This document shows positions 11,250 through 24,244 of a stretch of DNA of 64,000 nt, piece after piece; position 1 is the first letter of the stretch, and each line of letters begins with the position of its first letter. The notes beneath the pieces were generated by a model that was given only the letters and a program-made list of their open reading frames with translations, had not been told where the DNA came from and did no database searches. Source of the stretch: Mobula hypostoma (taxonomy: Eukaryota); contig NC_086097.1 of NCBI RefSeq assembly GCF_963921235.1, positions 234,424,001-234,488,000 of the forward strand. The letters run 5' to 3'. Made by a program: the position numbers and the translations under genes.

Positions 11250-12205
11250 AAATTTATTGTCAAATATTGTATATGTCACCATATACAACACTGAGATTCG
11301 TTTATATGGTTAAATTCAATAAATAGAATAATAACCATAATAGAATCAATGAAGACCCGCACCAATGGGTTTTCAATTAGCTTGCAAAAGACAGCAAACT
11401 GTGCAAATACAAAATAAATAAATAAACAAACAAACAAACAAACAAATGAATAAACAAGCAAAATATAAATATTGAGAACATGAGATAAAGAGTCCCTGGA
11501 AGTGTCCACAGCTTTTGGCAAGTGGAGTGAAGTTATCCCCTCTGCCTCAAGAGCCAAATGGTTGAAGGATAACCGTTCTTGAACTGTTCTTCCTGATGGT
11601 AGCAGCAAGAAGAGAGCACGTCCTGGGTGGTGGGGATCCCTGACTATCGATGCTACATTCCTACAGAAACATGTTGTAGAGATGTACTCAACACTTGGGT
11701 GAACTTTAGCCATGATGGACTGGCCACTCATTTTGTAGGATTTTCCATTCAAGGGCATTGGTATTTCCATACCACTCTGTGATGCAGCAGACAATATACT
11801 TTCCACCATACATTGACAGAAGTTTATCAAAGCTTTAGATGACATGCTGAATCTTCGCAAACTCCTAAGGATGTAGAGGAGGTGCCGTGCTTTCTTCGTA
11901 ATTGCACTTCCATGCTGAACCCAGGACAGGTCCTCCAAAATGATAACACTGAGGAATTTAAAGTTGCTGATCTTCTCCATTCGGCTCCTTGGTCTTGTTG
12001 ACATTGAGCAAAAGGTTTTTGTGGCACTACTAAGCCAGATTTTCAGTCTCCCTCCTATATGCTGATTTATCACCATCTTTGACTCTTATGAATGGTGGTG
12101 TCATGAACAAACTTGATTATGGCTTTGAAACTGAGCTTAGCCATACAGTAATAAGTGTAAAGCAAGGAGAGCACGGGGTTATAAAACACAGCCTTGTGGT
12201 GCACC
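11250..12205 (-). mobile_element. Rex1/Babar LINE 3' fragment
   Basis: ISNFKFLSVIILEDLSWVQH...KKARHLLYILRSLRRF; DPHHPGRALFLLLPSGR. Confidence 0.9.
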
Positions 12206-13489
12206 TTGTACCTTAACATGTGGTAATGTCATCAGAGAATTTCTCTATCAGGCTGCCCCTTATGTCCATATTGAGAATACATTCCTCCTCGACTCAGCTG
12301 GGAAATCAGCTGTGGCTCCTGAGCACAGACATCTATTCATTGGTAGCCTTCTTCTTCTTCAGAATCTGCCTCATGACCTTCAGGCTCTGGGTTTCCTAGT
12401 TTTTCTTCCCTAACTAGCAGATCTTAACTTACAGTAATGTGTCCCTGGAATAATGCAACCAATAAAAATCTTAAGTTTAGGAAACCCAAGGCATGCTCCA
12501 TTGAAGTCCTGTTATTCTGCTGTTTCCCCTCGGTTTTATTTTGCACTCAGTTGCTGTGGTTGGAGTTGGTACAAGCCAGAGAAGTTAGTGAATAATAAGT
12601 TCTTCTTGTTCCCCTGGATTCATCACTCCAGGTAGTATTAGTCACCAAAACTCCCTGTCCCCATCCCATGAACTAGATGGTCTAATTTCACTATCGACAA
12701 AACTTCTCAACTTCCCCCAGAATGATTGCTAGCGTGACCTACTCCAAATATTATCAAACTTTGCATGATTATGGCGTCTACAAAATTATGCTACACCATT
12801 CAATTTCCAGACAACTATTCTCCATTCAAATTCAATTCAAATGCTCTAATCCTTTGAAAAAATGCTTCAGTACTTAGTGGTCAATATTGAATAATTGAAA
12901 TTGGGAGTGAATTCCAAACGAGGATTATTTTAGTTTACTTAATATGTGTTTACTATCTTCAATTAGAGCTTTTATGGTCCGCTGGCTGTAATGGCACTTT
13001 AATTAAGGGATATGCATTCAGGCAGGCTGTTGAAGTTTTTGATTTGTACAGTAATTGGAATAGAATCTGAAAGATCCACATTACCATTTTCTGAATCCAG
13101 TATCTCCATAATTACCATTTTCTATTGCAAGCACTTTAGTAACATTATTAGATTAGAACCCTCAACTGAATGCACCAAAATAAATTGCCAGAAATATAGT
13201 CACTATGAAAGTGAAGGCAAAGAAAGCAGAGCAATTGCAGTGGGTCACAAGCCAATGACTGGTGAAATGAACAAAACTCACGATCTTTTAGAATAATCAT
13301 ACTGTGAGAACCTGCCTTAACAATAAATTACAAATCTGATCTGATTTTGGCTGCCAGCTCACCAGCAGCTAAATGGTTCAATGTGTTTGTATAGATGGTC
13401 ACGATAATTACTTTAATATAGCATTGTACTCCTATTACTAAATTACTCAACTGAATTTTAGCAGTTTTTCTCATCTTTTTTCATATTCC

Positions 13490-14877
13490 CGTCGGTGGTG
13501 GGGAAACTGCTGGAATCAGTTATCAAGGATGTGATAACAGCACATTTGGAAAGCGGTGAAATGATCGGACAAAGTCAGCATGGATTTGTGAAAGGAAAAT
13601 CATGTCTGACGAATCTCATAGAATTTTTTGAGGATGTAACTAGTAGAGTGGATGGGGAGAACCAGTGGATGTGGTATATTTGGATTTTCAAAAGGCTTTT
13701 GACAAGGTCCCACACAGGAGATTAGTGTGCAATCTTAAAGCACACGGTATTGGGGGTAAGGTATTGGTGTGGGTGGAGAATTGGTTAGCAGACAGGAAGC
13801 AAAGAGTGGGAATAAACGGGACCTTTTCAGAATGGCAGGCGGTGACTAGTGGGGTACCGCAAGGCTCAGTGCTGGGACCCCAGTTGTTACAATATATATT
13901 AATGACTTGGATGAGGGAATTAAATGCAGTATCTCCAAGTTTGCGGATGACACGAAGCTGGGTGGCAGTGTTAGCAGTAAGGAGGATGCTAAGAGGATGC
14001 AGGGTGACTTGGATAGGTTGGGTGAGTGGGCAAATTCATGGCAGATGCAATTTAATGTGGATAAATGTGAAGTTATCCACTTTGGTGGCAAAAATAGGAA
14101 AACAGATTATTATCTGAATGGTGGCCGATTAGGAAAAGGGGAGGTGCAACGAGACCTGGGTGTCATTATACACCAGTCATTGAAAGTGGGCATGCAGGTA
14201 CAGCAGGCAGTGAAAAAGGCGAATGGTATGCTGGCATTTATAGCGAGAAGATTCGAGTACAGGAGCAGGGAGGTACTCCTGCAGTTGTACAAGGCCTTGG
14301 TGAGACCACACCTGGAGTATTGTGTGCAGTTTTGGTCCCCTAATCTGAGGAAAGACATCCTTGCCATAGAGGGAGTACAAAGAAGGTTCACCAGATTGAT
14401 TCCTGGGATGGCAGGACTTTCATATGAAGAAAGACTGGATGAACTGGGCTTGTACTCGTTGGAATTTAGAAGATTGAGGGGGGATCTGATTGAAACGTAT
14501 AAGATCCTAAAGGGATTGGACAGGCTAGATGCAGGAAGATTGTTCCCGATGTTGGGGAAGTCCAGAACGAGGGGCCACAGTTTGAGGATAGAGGGGAAGC
14601 CTTTTAGGACCGAGATTAGGAAAAACTTCTTCACACAGAGAGTGGTGAATCTGTGGAATTCTCTGCCACAGGAAACAGTTGAGGCCAGTTCATTGGCTAT
14701 GTTTAAGAGGGAGTTAGATATGGCCCTTGTGGCTATGGGGGTCAGGGGGTATGGAGGGAAGGCTGGGGCGGGGTTCTGAGTTGGATGAACAGCCATGGTC
14801 ATAATAAATGGCGGTGCAGGCTCCAAGGGCCTAATGGCCTACTCCTGCACCTATTTTCTATGTTTCTATGTTTCTAT
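13490..14877 (+). mobile_element. Young CR1 LINE, 5'-truncated (RT and 3' UTR), frameshifted
   Basis: QHGFVKGKSCLTNL, LDFQKAFDKVPH, SGVPQGSVLGP, KFADDTKLGG in three frames; (tttctatg)n tail. Confidence 0.97.
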
Positions 14878-15304
14878 TTTCATCTCAGAGTTGAAAAGCT
14901 TCAGAGCACCTTCAATGAAAATTTAATGGTTCTGGGGCTGTGCTCGTTGGAGTTTAGAAGAATAAGGGGAACTCACTGAAATGTTCAGAATATTGAAAGG
15001 CCTACTTCTGCCCCTATATCTTATCGTTCTATCGTCAATGCTAACAGATTTTTGTTTCTTAACTTCATGCTTTCAGTGAATACAGCGCAGACAAATTTCT
15101 GAGATGTTCTCCCATTTATTCAACATATGATTAAAAACTTTTGCATTATTCCTGTGAAACCATAGAATCCCAATTACTTTTTCTGGATATAATCCCATGG
15201 GTATACATCAGATTACCAAATATTGTATAATACTTGAACAATGGGGCTATGCTAATTGGCCTGCACAAAATATTCTCAATTAAGCTATTAATGACTAGGT
15301 ATAC

Positions 15305-15753
15305 ATGTGCATGTCTGAAAAGCGGATGCTGTCTAAGTTGCATGCCATCTTGGTCAATGTCTCCCATCCTCTACATAACGTACTGGGTGGGCACAAAAGT
15401 ACATTCAGCCAGAGACTCATTCCTCCGAGATGCAGCACACAGCGTCATAGGAAGTCATTCCTGCCTGTGGCCATCAAACTTTACAACTCCTCCCTTGGAG
15501 GGTCAGACACCCTGAGCCAATAGGCTGGTCCTGGACTTATTTCATAATTTACTGGCATAATTTACATATTACTATGTAACTATTTATTACTATTTTCTAT
15601 TACTATTTATTATTTCTATGACTATTACTATTTACTATTTACTAATAGTAATATTACTATTACTATTTCTATTACTATTTATTATTTATGGTGCAGCTGT
15701 AACCAAAACCAATTTCCCCCGGGATCAATAAAGTATGACTATGACTATGACTA
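15305..15753 (+). mobile_element. REX1-type LINE 3' end, same subfamily as 8660-9590
   Basis: MLSKLHAILVNVSHPLHN...RHRKSFLPVAIKLYNSS; aataaagtatgactatgactatgactat tail. Confidence 0.9.
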
Positions 15754-15789
15754 TTCAAAGAGTTAGCTCTCACAACAATCAGTTTGAAT

Positions 15790-17480
15790 ATAGAAACATA
15801 GAAAATAGGTGCAGGAGTAGGCCATTAGGCCCTTCGAGACTGCACCGCCATTTATTATGACCATGGCTGATCATCCAACTCAGAACCCCGCCCCAGCCTT
15901 CCCTCCATACCCCCTGACCCCCGTAGCCACAAGGGCCATATCTAACTCCCTCTTAAATATAGCCAATGAACTGGCCTCAACAGTTTCCTGTGGCAGAGAA
16001 TTCCACAGATTCACCACTCTCTGTGTGAAGAAGTTTTTCCTAATCTCGGTCCTAAAAGGCTTCCCCTCTATCCTCAAACTGTGGCCCCTCGTTCTGGACT
16101 TCCACAACATCGGGAACAATCTTCCTGCATCTAGCCTGTCCAATCCCTTTAGGATTTTATACGTTTCAATCAGATCCCCCCTCAATCTTCTAAATTCCAA
16201 CGAGTATAAGCCCAGTTCATCCAGTCTTTCTTCATATGAAAGTCCTGCCATCCCAGGAATCAATCTGCTGAACCTTCTTTGTACTCCCTCTATGGCAAGG
16301 ATGTCTTTCCTCAGATTAGGGGACCAAAACTGCACACAATACTCCAGGTGTGGTCTCACCAAGGCCTTGTACAACTGCAGTAGTACCTCCCTGCTCCTGT
16401 ACTCGAATCCTCTCGCTATAAATGCCAGCATACCATTCGCCTTTTTCACCGCCTGCTGTACCTGCATGCCCACTTTCAATGACTGGTGTATAATGACACC
16501 CAGGTCTCATTGCACCTCCCCTTTTCCTAATCGGCCACCATTCAGATAATAATCTGTTTTCCTATTTTTGCCACCAAAGTGAATAACCTCACATTTATCC
16601 ACATTAAATTGCATCTGCCATGAATTTGCCCACTCACCCAACCTATCCAAGTCACCCTGCATCCTCTTAGCATCCTCCTCACTGCTAACACTGCCACCCA
16701 GCTTCGTGTCATCCGCAAACTTGGAGATGCTGCATTTAATTCCCTCATCCAAGTCATTAGTATATATTGTAACAACTGGGGTCCCAGCATTGAGCCTTGC
16801 GGTACCCCACTAGTCACCGCCTGCCATTCTGAAAAGGTCCCGTTTATTCCCACTCTTTGCTTCCTGTCTGCTAACCAATTCTCCACCCACACCAATACCT
16901 TACCCCCAATACCGTGTGCTTTAAGTTTGCACACTAATCTCCTGTGTGGGACCTTGTCAAAAGCCTTTTGAAAATCCAAATATACCACATCCACTGGTTC
17001 TCCCCTATCCACTCTACTAGTTACATCCTCAAAAAATTCTATGAGATTCGTCAGACATGATTTTCCTTTCACAAATCCATGCTGACTTTGTCCGATCATT
17101 TCACCGCTTTCCAAATGTGCTGTTATCACATCCTTGATAACTGACAACAGCAGTTTCCCCACCACCGACGTTAGGCTAACTGGTCTATAATTCCCCGGTT
17201 TCTCTCTCCCTCCTTTTTTAAAAAGTGGGGTTACATTAGCCACCCTCCAATCCTCAGGAACTAGTCTAGAATCTAACGAGTTTTGAAAAATTATCACTAA
17301 TGCATCCACTATTTCTTGGGCTACTTCCTTAAGCACTCTAGGATGCAGACCATCTGGCCCTGGGAATTTATCTGCCTTCAATCCCTTCAATTTACCTAAC
17401 ACCACTTCCCTACTAACATGTATTTCGCTCAGTTCCTCCATCTCACTGGACCCTCTGTCCCTTACTATTTCTGGAAGATA
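15790..17480 (-). mobile_element. Young CR1 LINE, 5'-truncated, near-identical to 13490-14877 in inverted orientation
   Basis: PGPDGLHPRVLKE, NYRPVSLTSVVGKL, LDFQKAFD, FADD; one frameshift and one CGA->TGA stop. Confidence 0.97.
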
Positions 17481-17599
17481 TCTGGGGTATCTCTGGTTTT
17501 TCAATTTAGTAAATCTATTTTATCCCACTAAAGGGTTTAAATACTGCATTCAAGATATTTACACAAGTATGAAATTTTAATTATTGAAGTTGAATCCAA

Positions 17600-17900
17600 C
17601 AATCTGGTGGCGAAGAAGACTTTTGGTGTGTTGGTCTTCATAAGTCAGGAGTATTAAATCAGGGAGTTCATAGAGTGGTTGTACAGGATACTAGTAAAAT
17701 CACACTCCTTGTATCTTGTGTTCAGATCTGGTTGTTTTTCTATCATAAAGATGTTATTAGACACAAAATATTTACAAGGGTGTTGCTAGGAGTTGAGAGA
17801 TTGTGTTAAAAAAGAGATTGGACAGGCTAGGAGTTTATTTATTAGAGACTAGAAAGTGTATAAACTCATGAGGGGAATTGATAAAGTGAATATACTGTCT
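17600..17900 (+). mobile_element. Old degenerate CR1 fragment
   Basis: Remnant of the KKTFGVLVFIS...LYRILVKSH...FTRVLLG region. Confidence 0.6.
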
Positions 17901-17904
17901 TTTG

Positions 17905-18680
17905 AAAAGAGAGCATGTCCATCCTGGATGGTGAGGGTCCTTAAATAATGGATGCTGCCTTCTTGAGGCATGACCAAATGAAGATGCCTTCAATCGTGGA
18001 AAAGCTTGTGCCCGTGATGTATCATATTAATATGATACAGAAAAGTCTACAAGTTCAAAATTCAAAGTGAATTTATTATCGAAGTACATATATGTCACCA
18101 TATACAACCCTGAGATATATTTTCTTGTAGGCATACTCAATAAATGCATAATAGAATAATAACTCTAATAGAGTCAATAAAAGATAATCTGGGTATCCAG
18201 CGAGTGTACAAGACAGCAAACTGTGCAAATACAAAAATCAAGAAATAATAATAATGATAATAATAAATAAGTGAAAAACATTGAGAACATGAGTCATTCA
18301 AAGTAAGTCTGTATGTTGTGCAAAAATTTCAATGATGGGGCAAGTGAATTCGAGTGAAATTATCCCTCCTTGTTTCAAGAGCCTGTTGTTTGAGGGTTTA
18401 TAACTGTTCCCAAAATCATTGGTGTGAATCGTAAGGCTCCCGTACCTTCTTCCTGATAGCAACAGCAAGAAGAGAACAGGTTTGGGTGGCGGAGATCCCT
18501 GATAATGGAGACTGCTTACCTACGACAGCATTTCTTGTAGATGTGCTCAATGGTGGGGAGAGCTTTACCCATGATCCACCATTTTTGATAGGATTTTCCA
18601 TTAAAGGACATTGATGGTTCCACACCGAACTATCATGCAACCAGTCAATATACTCTCCTTTACACATCTATAGAAGTTTG
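17905..18680 (-). mobile_element. Rex1/Babar LINE 3' fragments (two pieces)
   Basis: aagttcaaaattcaaagtgaatttattatcgaagtacatatatgtcaccatatacaaccctgaga tail; cttcttcctgatagcaacagcaagaagagaac region. Confidence 0.8.
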
Positions 18681-19324
18681 ACAGTGTTAACCAATCTTTT
18701 CCATATCTATTTTGTCATTACTCTGTACAGTTTAAGTTGCCCCTCAGTATAAAACCATTTTGACCAGTCTTTTCTGCAAGTTGTAACTTCTCAGTCCTGG
18801 TATCTTTAAATATTCTCTGCTTCCTCTCCAAAGACTTTGTATTATTGTAGGCGAAACAATGTTCTATATAACTTCTGGCAACTTCAATGTGACTGCATAT
18901 GGCTATAGAAAACAATCCTCATGCTTCATGAGCATGCTTATAATCTTGTGCTTCAGACCTTAATGATTTGTGTACCAGCGCTGGGAGATTTATTTGTACC
19001 ACTTGTCTACTCAGACGAAAATCAGAAAAACAACAGATGCTGGAAATCTGAAAGAAGCACAAAAGAAAAAAAAAATCCCAGAAAAACTTAGATGAGGCAG
19101 CATTGGTTGAAAGAAAATAAAGAGAATTAACATTTCAGTTCTGGAAAGCTTCAACAGAAATGGAAAAGAGAGCAACGTTAGCAGAGAAGGTAGGAGTGTA
19201 GTGCATAGAGCATAGGGAAAACCTCTGATAGTGTGAGACCAAATGACTTAATGTGGCAGGAAGGACAGTGTTTTTTCCTAATTGATGTAATCTGTTGCTA
19301 GTAGTAAGGTTAGTAGTGATGGTT

Positions 19325-19850
19325 CCTGAGGGTTGTGATAGCCGGAAATGGTAATAGGAATAAGCTCCGACTACCTATTAAATACTCCCAATGGCTTGCA
19401 GCTCAAATAGCCTCTGACAACCAAGTCCAGCTCCTGGATTTTACATGTGGCTTAGCTACTAAGCTTGGCAAAACTGTTTCTACAGACAGGAGAATGGGCA
19501 AAGGTGGACTACTGACATCTTAAAACCAGTTGCTTTGGGCAGATGGGGCTCATCAGCCGTGGTTGGCAGCTCATCAAGGAGATGGAAAACTCTGATCTCA
19601 AACTTCCGCTGTCTGTGGCTATACTCACTCATGGGGAAGACTTTGGAGTAAACCCCTAGAAAAAAATCCTGAGCTGGAGTCCCTAAGGCAGTCCTACGTT
19701 GGATTCAACACTGACTGGCTACTCCTGCGACGCTGCTGGTGCCAAACTGTATCGGTCTTCACCGTTCCTTTGAGTTCATCAGATGAGTGGACAGGGGAAG
19801 CTTGCTACTTGGGCAACAGCTTGCTCTCCATATTTTACTTCCCTGGCTGG
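19325..19850 (+). mobile_element. Unclassified non-coding interspersed repeat (possibly a non-LTR 5' UTR derivative)
   Basis: GC-richer block without ORF that looks repeat-like; no second copy in the window to confirm. Confidence 0.35.
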
Positions 19851-19874
19851 GGTATCTAGACGACTGCCATGCTG

Positions 19875-20010
19875 GGAAAAAAATGGAGCCTGGAGGACAT
19901 CCATGCAGTTACGGGGTGAATGTATAAATTCCTTACAGACAGCAGTGGAAGTAGAATTGAAATCAATTTGCTGGCACTATATTAGTATTATGCTAACCGC
20001 TGTGCTATTG
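19875..20010 (-). mobile_element. tRNA-derived V-domain SINE fragment
   Basis: Minus strand tagcacagcggttagc head, then gctgtctgtaaggaatttatacattcaccccgtaactgcatggatgtcctcc (V-domain-like). Confidence 0.6.
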
Positions 20011-21010
20011 TGTCACCCCACTGAAATCTCTAAACAAATCTTCATTCAAGAGTACAGTGTCCATTCTTTTTGAATATTATGACCATTAAACTGATCCAAT
20101 CTGTTGGTATTGTTTGTCAGAATCAGAATGTTCCATCGAAACAGCTGTCTAGTTACACTTATACTTTACTAACACTGATACTTTGTGATGTCCAGATCTA
20201 TACTTTCATCAGGACTGATTTGGTATCCTTTTTCTTTAAGTTGTCTAATTCCATTGTTTTCTTTCTTTCTGCACAAAACACTTTTTGGTTACTAGGTTAT
20301 GGTCACTTGACAATTAAAGTATGCCAGGACACGAGTGGACAGTGTTGCATTAATTGTATCATTATCATTTAATGATATCCATGGCCCAACATGTCATTCT
20401 GCTGTGTGGTGATTCCATAGATGTACAATCTACACTTCAATTCACAGTCAGAGTTTCCCTGTTTAATCAACAGTCATGACCAGTTTAAACAGGAAGACAA
20501 GCTCCATTATAAATCACAGATTAGAATAGTTCTACATTTAAAAGTTTGCAATTCTTTTTGTTTTACTTTGTACGTGAAACAGAATTGGACTATTTGAAAT
20601 TATAGAAAGTTTCTGTTTCTAATTTAAGTGAAACAGAGTTGTCATCATTCAAACCTTAATAAATGACTTAATTGAACAATAAAAACTATTGCTCCTAGTT
20701 CTTTTTAATTGTTCAGGCTGCCCATTTGCAGATGATTCTTTCCGTAGCATAGCTTCCTCTTTCCCTATCAGTCTTGGATATTGCTTTGGGATAACGTAAT
20801 AGGTGACAGATGTCACATATTTTCATAATAGAAACTATTCTACATAATTCACAAACACCGCCATTGTGTTGTTGTGTTCACTTTAAGAAATGTGTGTGAT
20901 GCAATGATGTCAGTGTAGACACTGCTTTTGAGTTTGTTCGTAATGGAATTTAAGGGCTGTGGCTTTCATGAAACATATAAATTGACTGTCACATGTTCTA
21001 TTTGCAAAAT

Positions 21011-21282
21011 CCTACGTTGGTGACCCTGACACTCTCGGACAATTCCCTAGTTACTCAACAACACGTCAGCCAACACAGCCACTTTGAAGCTGCTGGAGTT
21101 TGGGGAGCAGCAAGCTATTGATTGATTTGCACAGGTGGGAAGCCCAGTTCACGCCATGAGAAATCACCGTGGATAATACCATACTTTATTACATTGTAGC
21201 ATCACTGAGTTCCAATACAGCCAGAGTGGTGAATCTACCAGAGGGCTCACCTACATGTGATAAATACATCACTCTGAAATCA
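21011..21282 (+). mobile_element. Gypsy/Ty3 LTR retrotransposon relic (PBS and gag N-terminus)
   Basis: PBS-like TGGTGACCCTGAC at 21018-21030, then frameshifted TLKLLEFG...FAQV/EAQF...ITVDNTILYYIVASL...DKYITLK. Confidence 0.7.
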
Positions 21283-21496
21283 ACACAGAAAATGGAATAT
21301 TGCAAACTTTTGATTTTTTTCTATCTCAGAATATCTTGAAGTACTTTTGGGGCTACAGGAAGGGACATTTTGACAAGAAGTTAAGAGAGTGAAACTACCT
21401 ATTACAATTACTTTGTCACTTTAAAAATTCTCCTGCACAAGTTTTCTGACACCTAATTTTCCTCAAATATTTTCTACAGATTTTCACCCACTAAAG

Positions 21497-22021
21497 TGTG
21501 CCACTGAGTCTATGTTCATAGTCTTCTACTACTATGGCTCATCCACTTCAAGGTTCAAAGTATTGTGCATTCAGATATGCTCTTCTCCACACCACTTTCA
21601 TAATGTCGATTATTTGACTTACTGCCCTCTTCCTATCAGCTTGAACAAATCTGGCCATTCTCCTCTGACCTCTCTCATTAACAAGGTCTTTTCACCCACT
21701 GAACTACCACTCACCGGATGTTTTTAGTATTTTTACACCATTCTCTGTAAATTCTAGAAAGTGCATGAAACTCCCAGGAGAGCAGCAGTTTTTGAAATAC
21801 TCAAACCATCCCGCCTGACACCAACAAAGATTCCATGGTCAAAGTCACTTAAATCACAGTTCATCCCCATTCTGAGGGTTGGTATGAATGACAACTGAAC
21901 CTCTTGACAAATGTATACATGCTTTTATGTACTGAGTTGCTGCCACATGATTGGTGATTATTTATTTGCATTTGTGATAGTTGTACAAGTGTGCCTAATG
22001 AAGTGGCCATCAGATGTATAA
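21497..22021 (-). mobile_element. Non-autonomous Tc1-like DNA transposon
   Basis: Reverse complement of the element at 34319-35125; terminal aagtggcca motifs at both ends; remnant of the N-terminal HTH coding region. Confidence 0.8.
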
Positions 22022-22285
22022 CTCTAGTGTTTTTATCAATATGGCCTTGTAATCTTGAAGAATATCATAATTATGATTCAAACTTCAAGTATGTCCCTAT
22101 AAGTAAAATCTCTGAAGCCTTGCACTGCTGGTACATGGTCTCAACTATATTGGTACACTCAACTGGTACTGTATTTGCACAGTTTGTTGTTTATTTCACA
22201 TTCATTGTCCACACTGTTGCTGCAGTATTTCATTGATTCTATATTGGTACTTGGATTTATTGAGTATGCCCACAAGAAAATGTAT

Positions 22286-23925
22286 CTTTGTGCGTGGTAG
22301 GTCATGTTTAACAAATCTATTAGAGTTTTTTGAGGAGGTTACCAGGAAAGTGGATGAAGGGAAGGTAGTGGATGTTGTCTACATGGACTTCACTAAGGCC
22401 TTTGACAAGGTCCCGCATGGGAAGAGAGTTAGGAAGATTCAGTCGTAGTAAGAGGTAGTAAATTGGATTAGACATTGGCTCAATGGAAGAAGCCAGACAG
22501 TGGTAGTGGAGGATTGCTTCTCTGAGTGGAGGCCTGTGACTAGTGGTGTGCCACAGGGATCAGTGCTGGGGCCATTGTTATTTGTCATCTATATCAATGA
22601 TCTGGATGATAATGTGGTAAATTGGATCAGCAAATTTGCTGATGATACAAAGATTGGAGGTATAGTGGACAGTGAGGAAGGTTTTCAAAGCTTGCAGAGG
22701 GATTTGGACCAGCTGGAAAAATGGGCTGAAAAATGGCAGATGGAGTTTAATACAGACAAGTGTGAGGTATTGCACTTCCGAAGGACAAACCAAGGTAGAA
22801 CATACAAGGTAAATGGTACGGCACTGAGGAGTGCAGTAGAACAGAAGGATCTGGGAATACAGATACAAAATTCCCTAAAAATGGCATCACAGGTAGATAG
22901 GGTCGTAAAGAGAGCTTTTGGTACATTGGTCTTTATAAATCAAAGTATTGAGTATAAGAGTTGGAATGTTATTGTGAGATTGTATAAGGCATTGGTGAGG
23001 CCAAATTTGGAGTATTGTGTGCAGTTTTGGTCACCAAATTACAGGAAGGATATTAATAAGGTAGATAGAGTGCAGAGAAGGCTTACAAGGATGTTTCCGG
23101 GACTTGAGAAACTGAGTTACAGAGAAAGGTTGAATAGGTGAGGACTTTATTCCCTGGAGTGTAGAGGAATGAGAGGAGATTTGATAGAAGAATATAAAAT
23201 TATTATGGGTATAGATAGAGTGAATGCAAGCAGGCTTTATTCACCGAGGCTAGGGGAGAAAAAAACCAGAGGACATGGGTTAAGATTATTAAGGGATTGG
23301 ACACGCTGCAGGCAGGATGCATGTTCTCGCTGATGGGTGAGTCCAGAACCAGAGGCCACAGTTTCAGAATAAGGGGTAGGTCATTTAGAACGGAGTTGAG
23401 GAAAAACTTTTTCATCCAGAGAGTGGTGGATATGTGGATTGCTCTGCCCCAGAAGGCAGTGGAGCCCAAGTCTCTGGATGCTTTCAAAAAAGAGATGGAT
23501 AGAGCTCTTAAAGATAGCGGAATCAAAGGTTATGGGGATAAGGCAGGAACTGGATACCGATTGTGGATGAACAGCCATGATCACTGTGAATGACGGTGCT
23601 GGCTCAAAGGGCCGAATGGCCTACTTCTGCACTTACTGTCTATTGTCTATTGTGCAGGGGAAAAAGTTTAAAGGGAACATTGGGGGGGCTTCTTCACACA
23701 GAGAGTGGTGGGAGTGTGGAATGTGCTGCCAGATGAGGTGGTAAATGCGGGCTCACTTTTAACATTTAAGAAAAACTTGGACAGGTACATGGATGAGAGG
23801 TGTATGTAAGGATATGGTCCAGATGCAGGTCAGTGGGACTAGGCAGAAAAATGGTTCAGCACAGTTAAAAAGGGCCAAAAGGCCTGTTTCTGTGCTGTAA
23901 CGTTCTGTGGTTCTATGGTTCTATC
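22286..23925 (+). mobile_element. CR1 LINE (RT and 3' UTR) with a nested CR1, inserted in a Rex/Babar tail
   Basis: GRSCLTNLLEFFE, DFTKAFDKVPH, SGVPQGSVLGP, FADDTKIGG; ggttctatggttctat tail; Rex tail at 22170-22285 resumes at 23926-23980. Confidence 0.95.
23285..23652 (+). mobile_element. Nested CR1 3' end (different subfamily)
   Basis: Interrupts the host at TRGHGL; ESRTRGHSFRIRGRSFRTELRKNFFIQRVV; own tail tgtctattgtctattg. Confidence 0.88.
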
Positions 23926-24244
23926 TGGTTGTATATGGTGACATATGTATATCCACTTTATTAATAAATTTACTTTGACAAAGCCTCACTCACATCATGA
24001 TAATGATTTTCTGTGCAGGAGCAATTTTTTTGATTTTTCCTAATAACGAACATGGTGAAATTATTAAAAATTTCATTTTATGCATCCTTTTGATGCTGGA
24101 CAAAGTCTGCACTGTTTTATTGTTGTGGCCTTTCCATGAACATGTATGATGTAGTTAATGTTGTGAGCTTCTTCCGTAGATGATGCTTTGTAAATGGAAG
24201 TCCTATACTTCTATTCAGAAACACTAAGTATGTATAATTTGCAA

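Noticed and set aside
14110..16549. 230-238 aa ORFs (…NPAPAFPPYPLTP…)
   Set aside because: Antisense shadows of CR1 ORF2, also seen in the copies at 3256-3949
13907..17504. RT ORFs as a functional retron, DGR, group II intron or defence-associated RT
   Set aside because: Motifs and tails are vertebrate CR1 LINE; copies are truncated and frameshifted; no prokaryotic gene context
19400..19470. Possible ribozyme in the unclassified repeat
   Set aside because: Could not build consistent HDV or hammerhead pairings from this single degenerate copy
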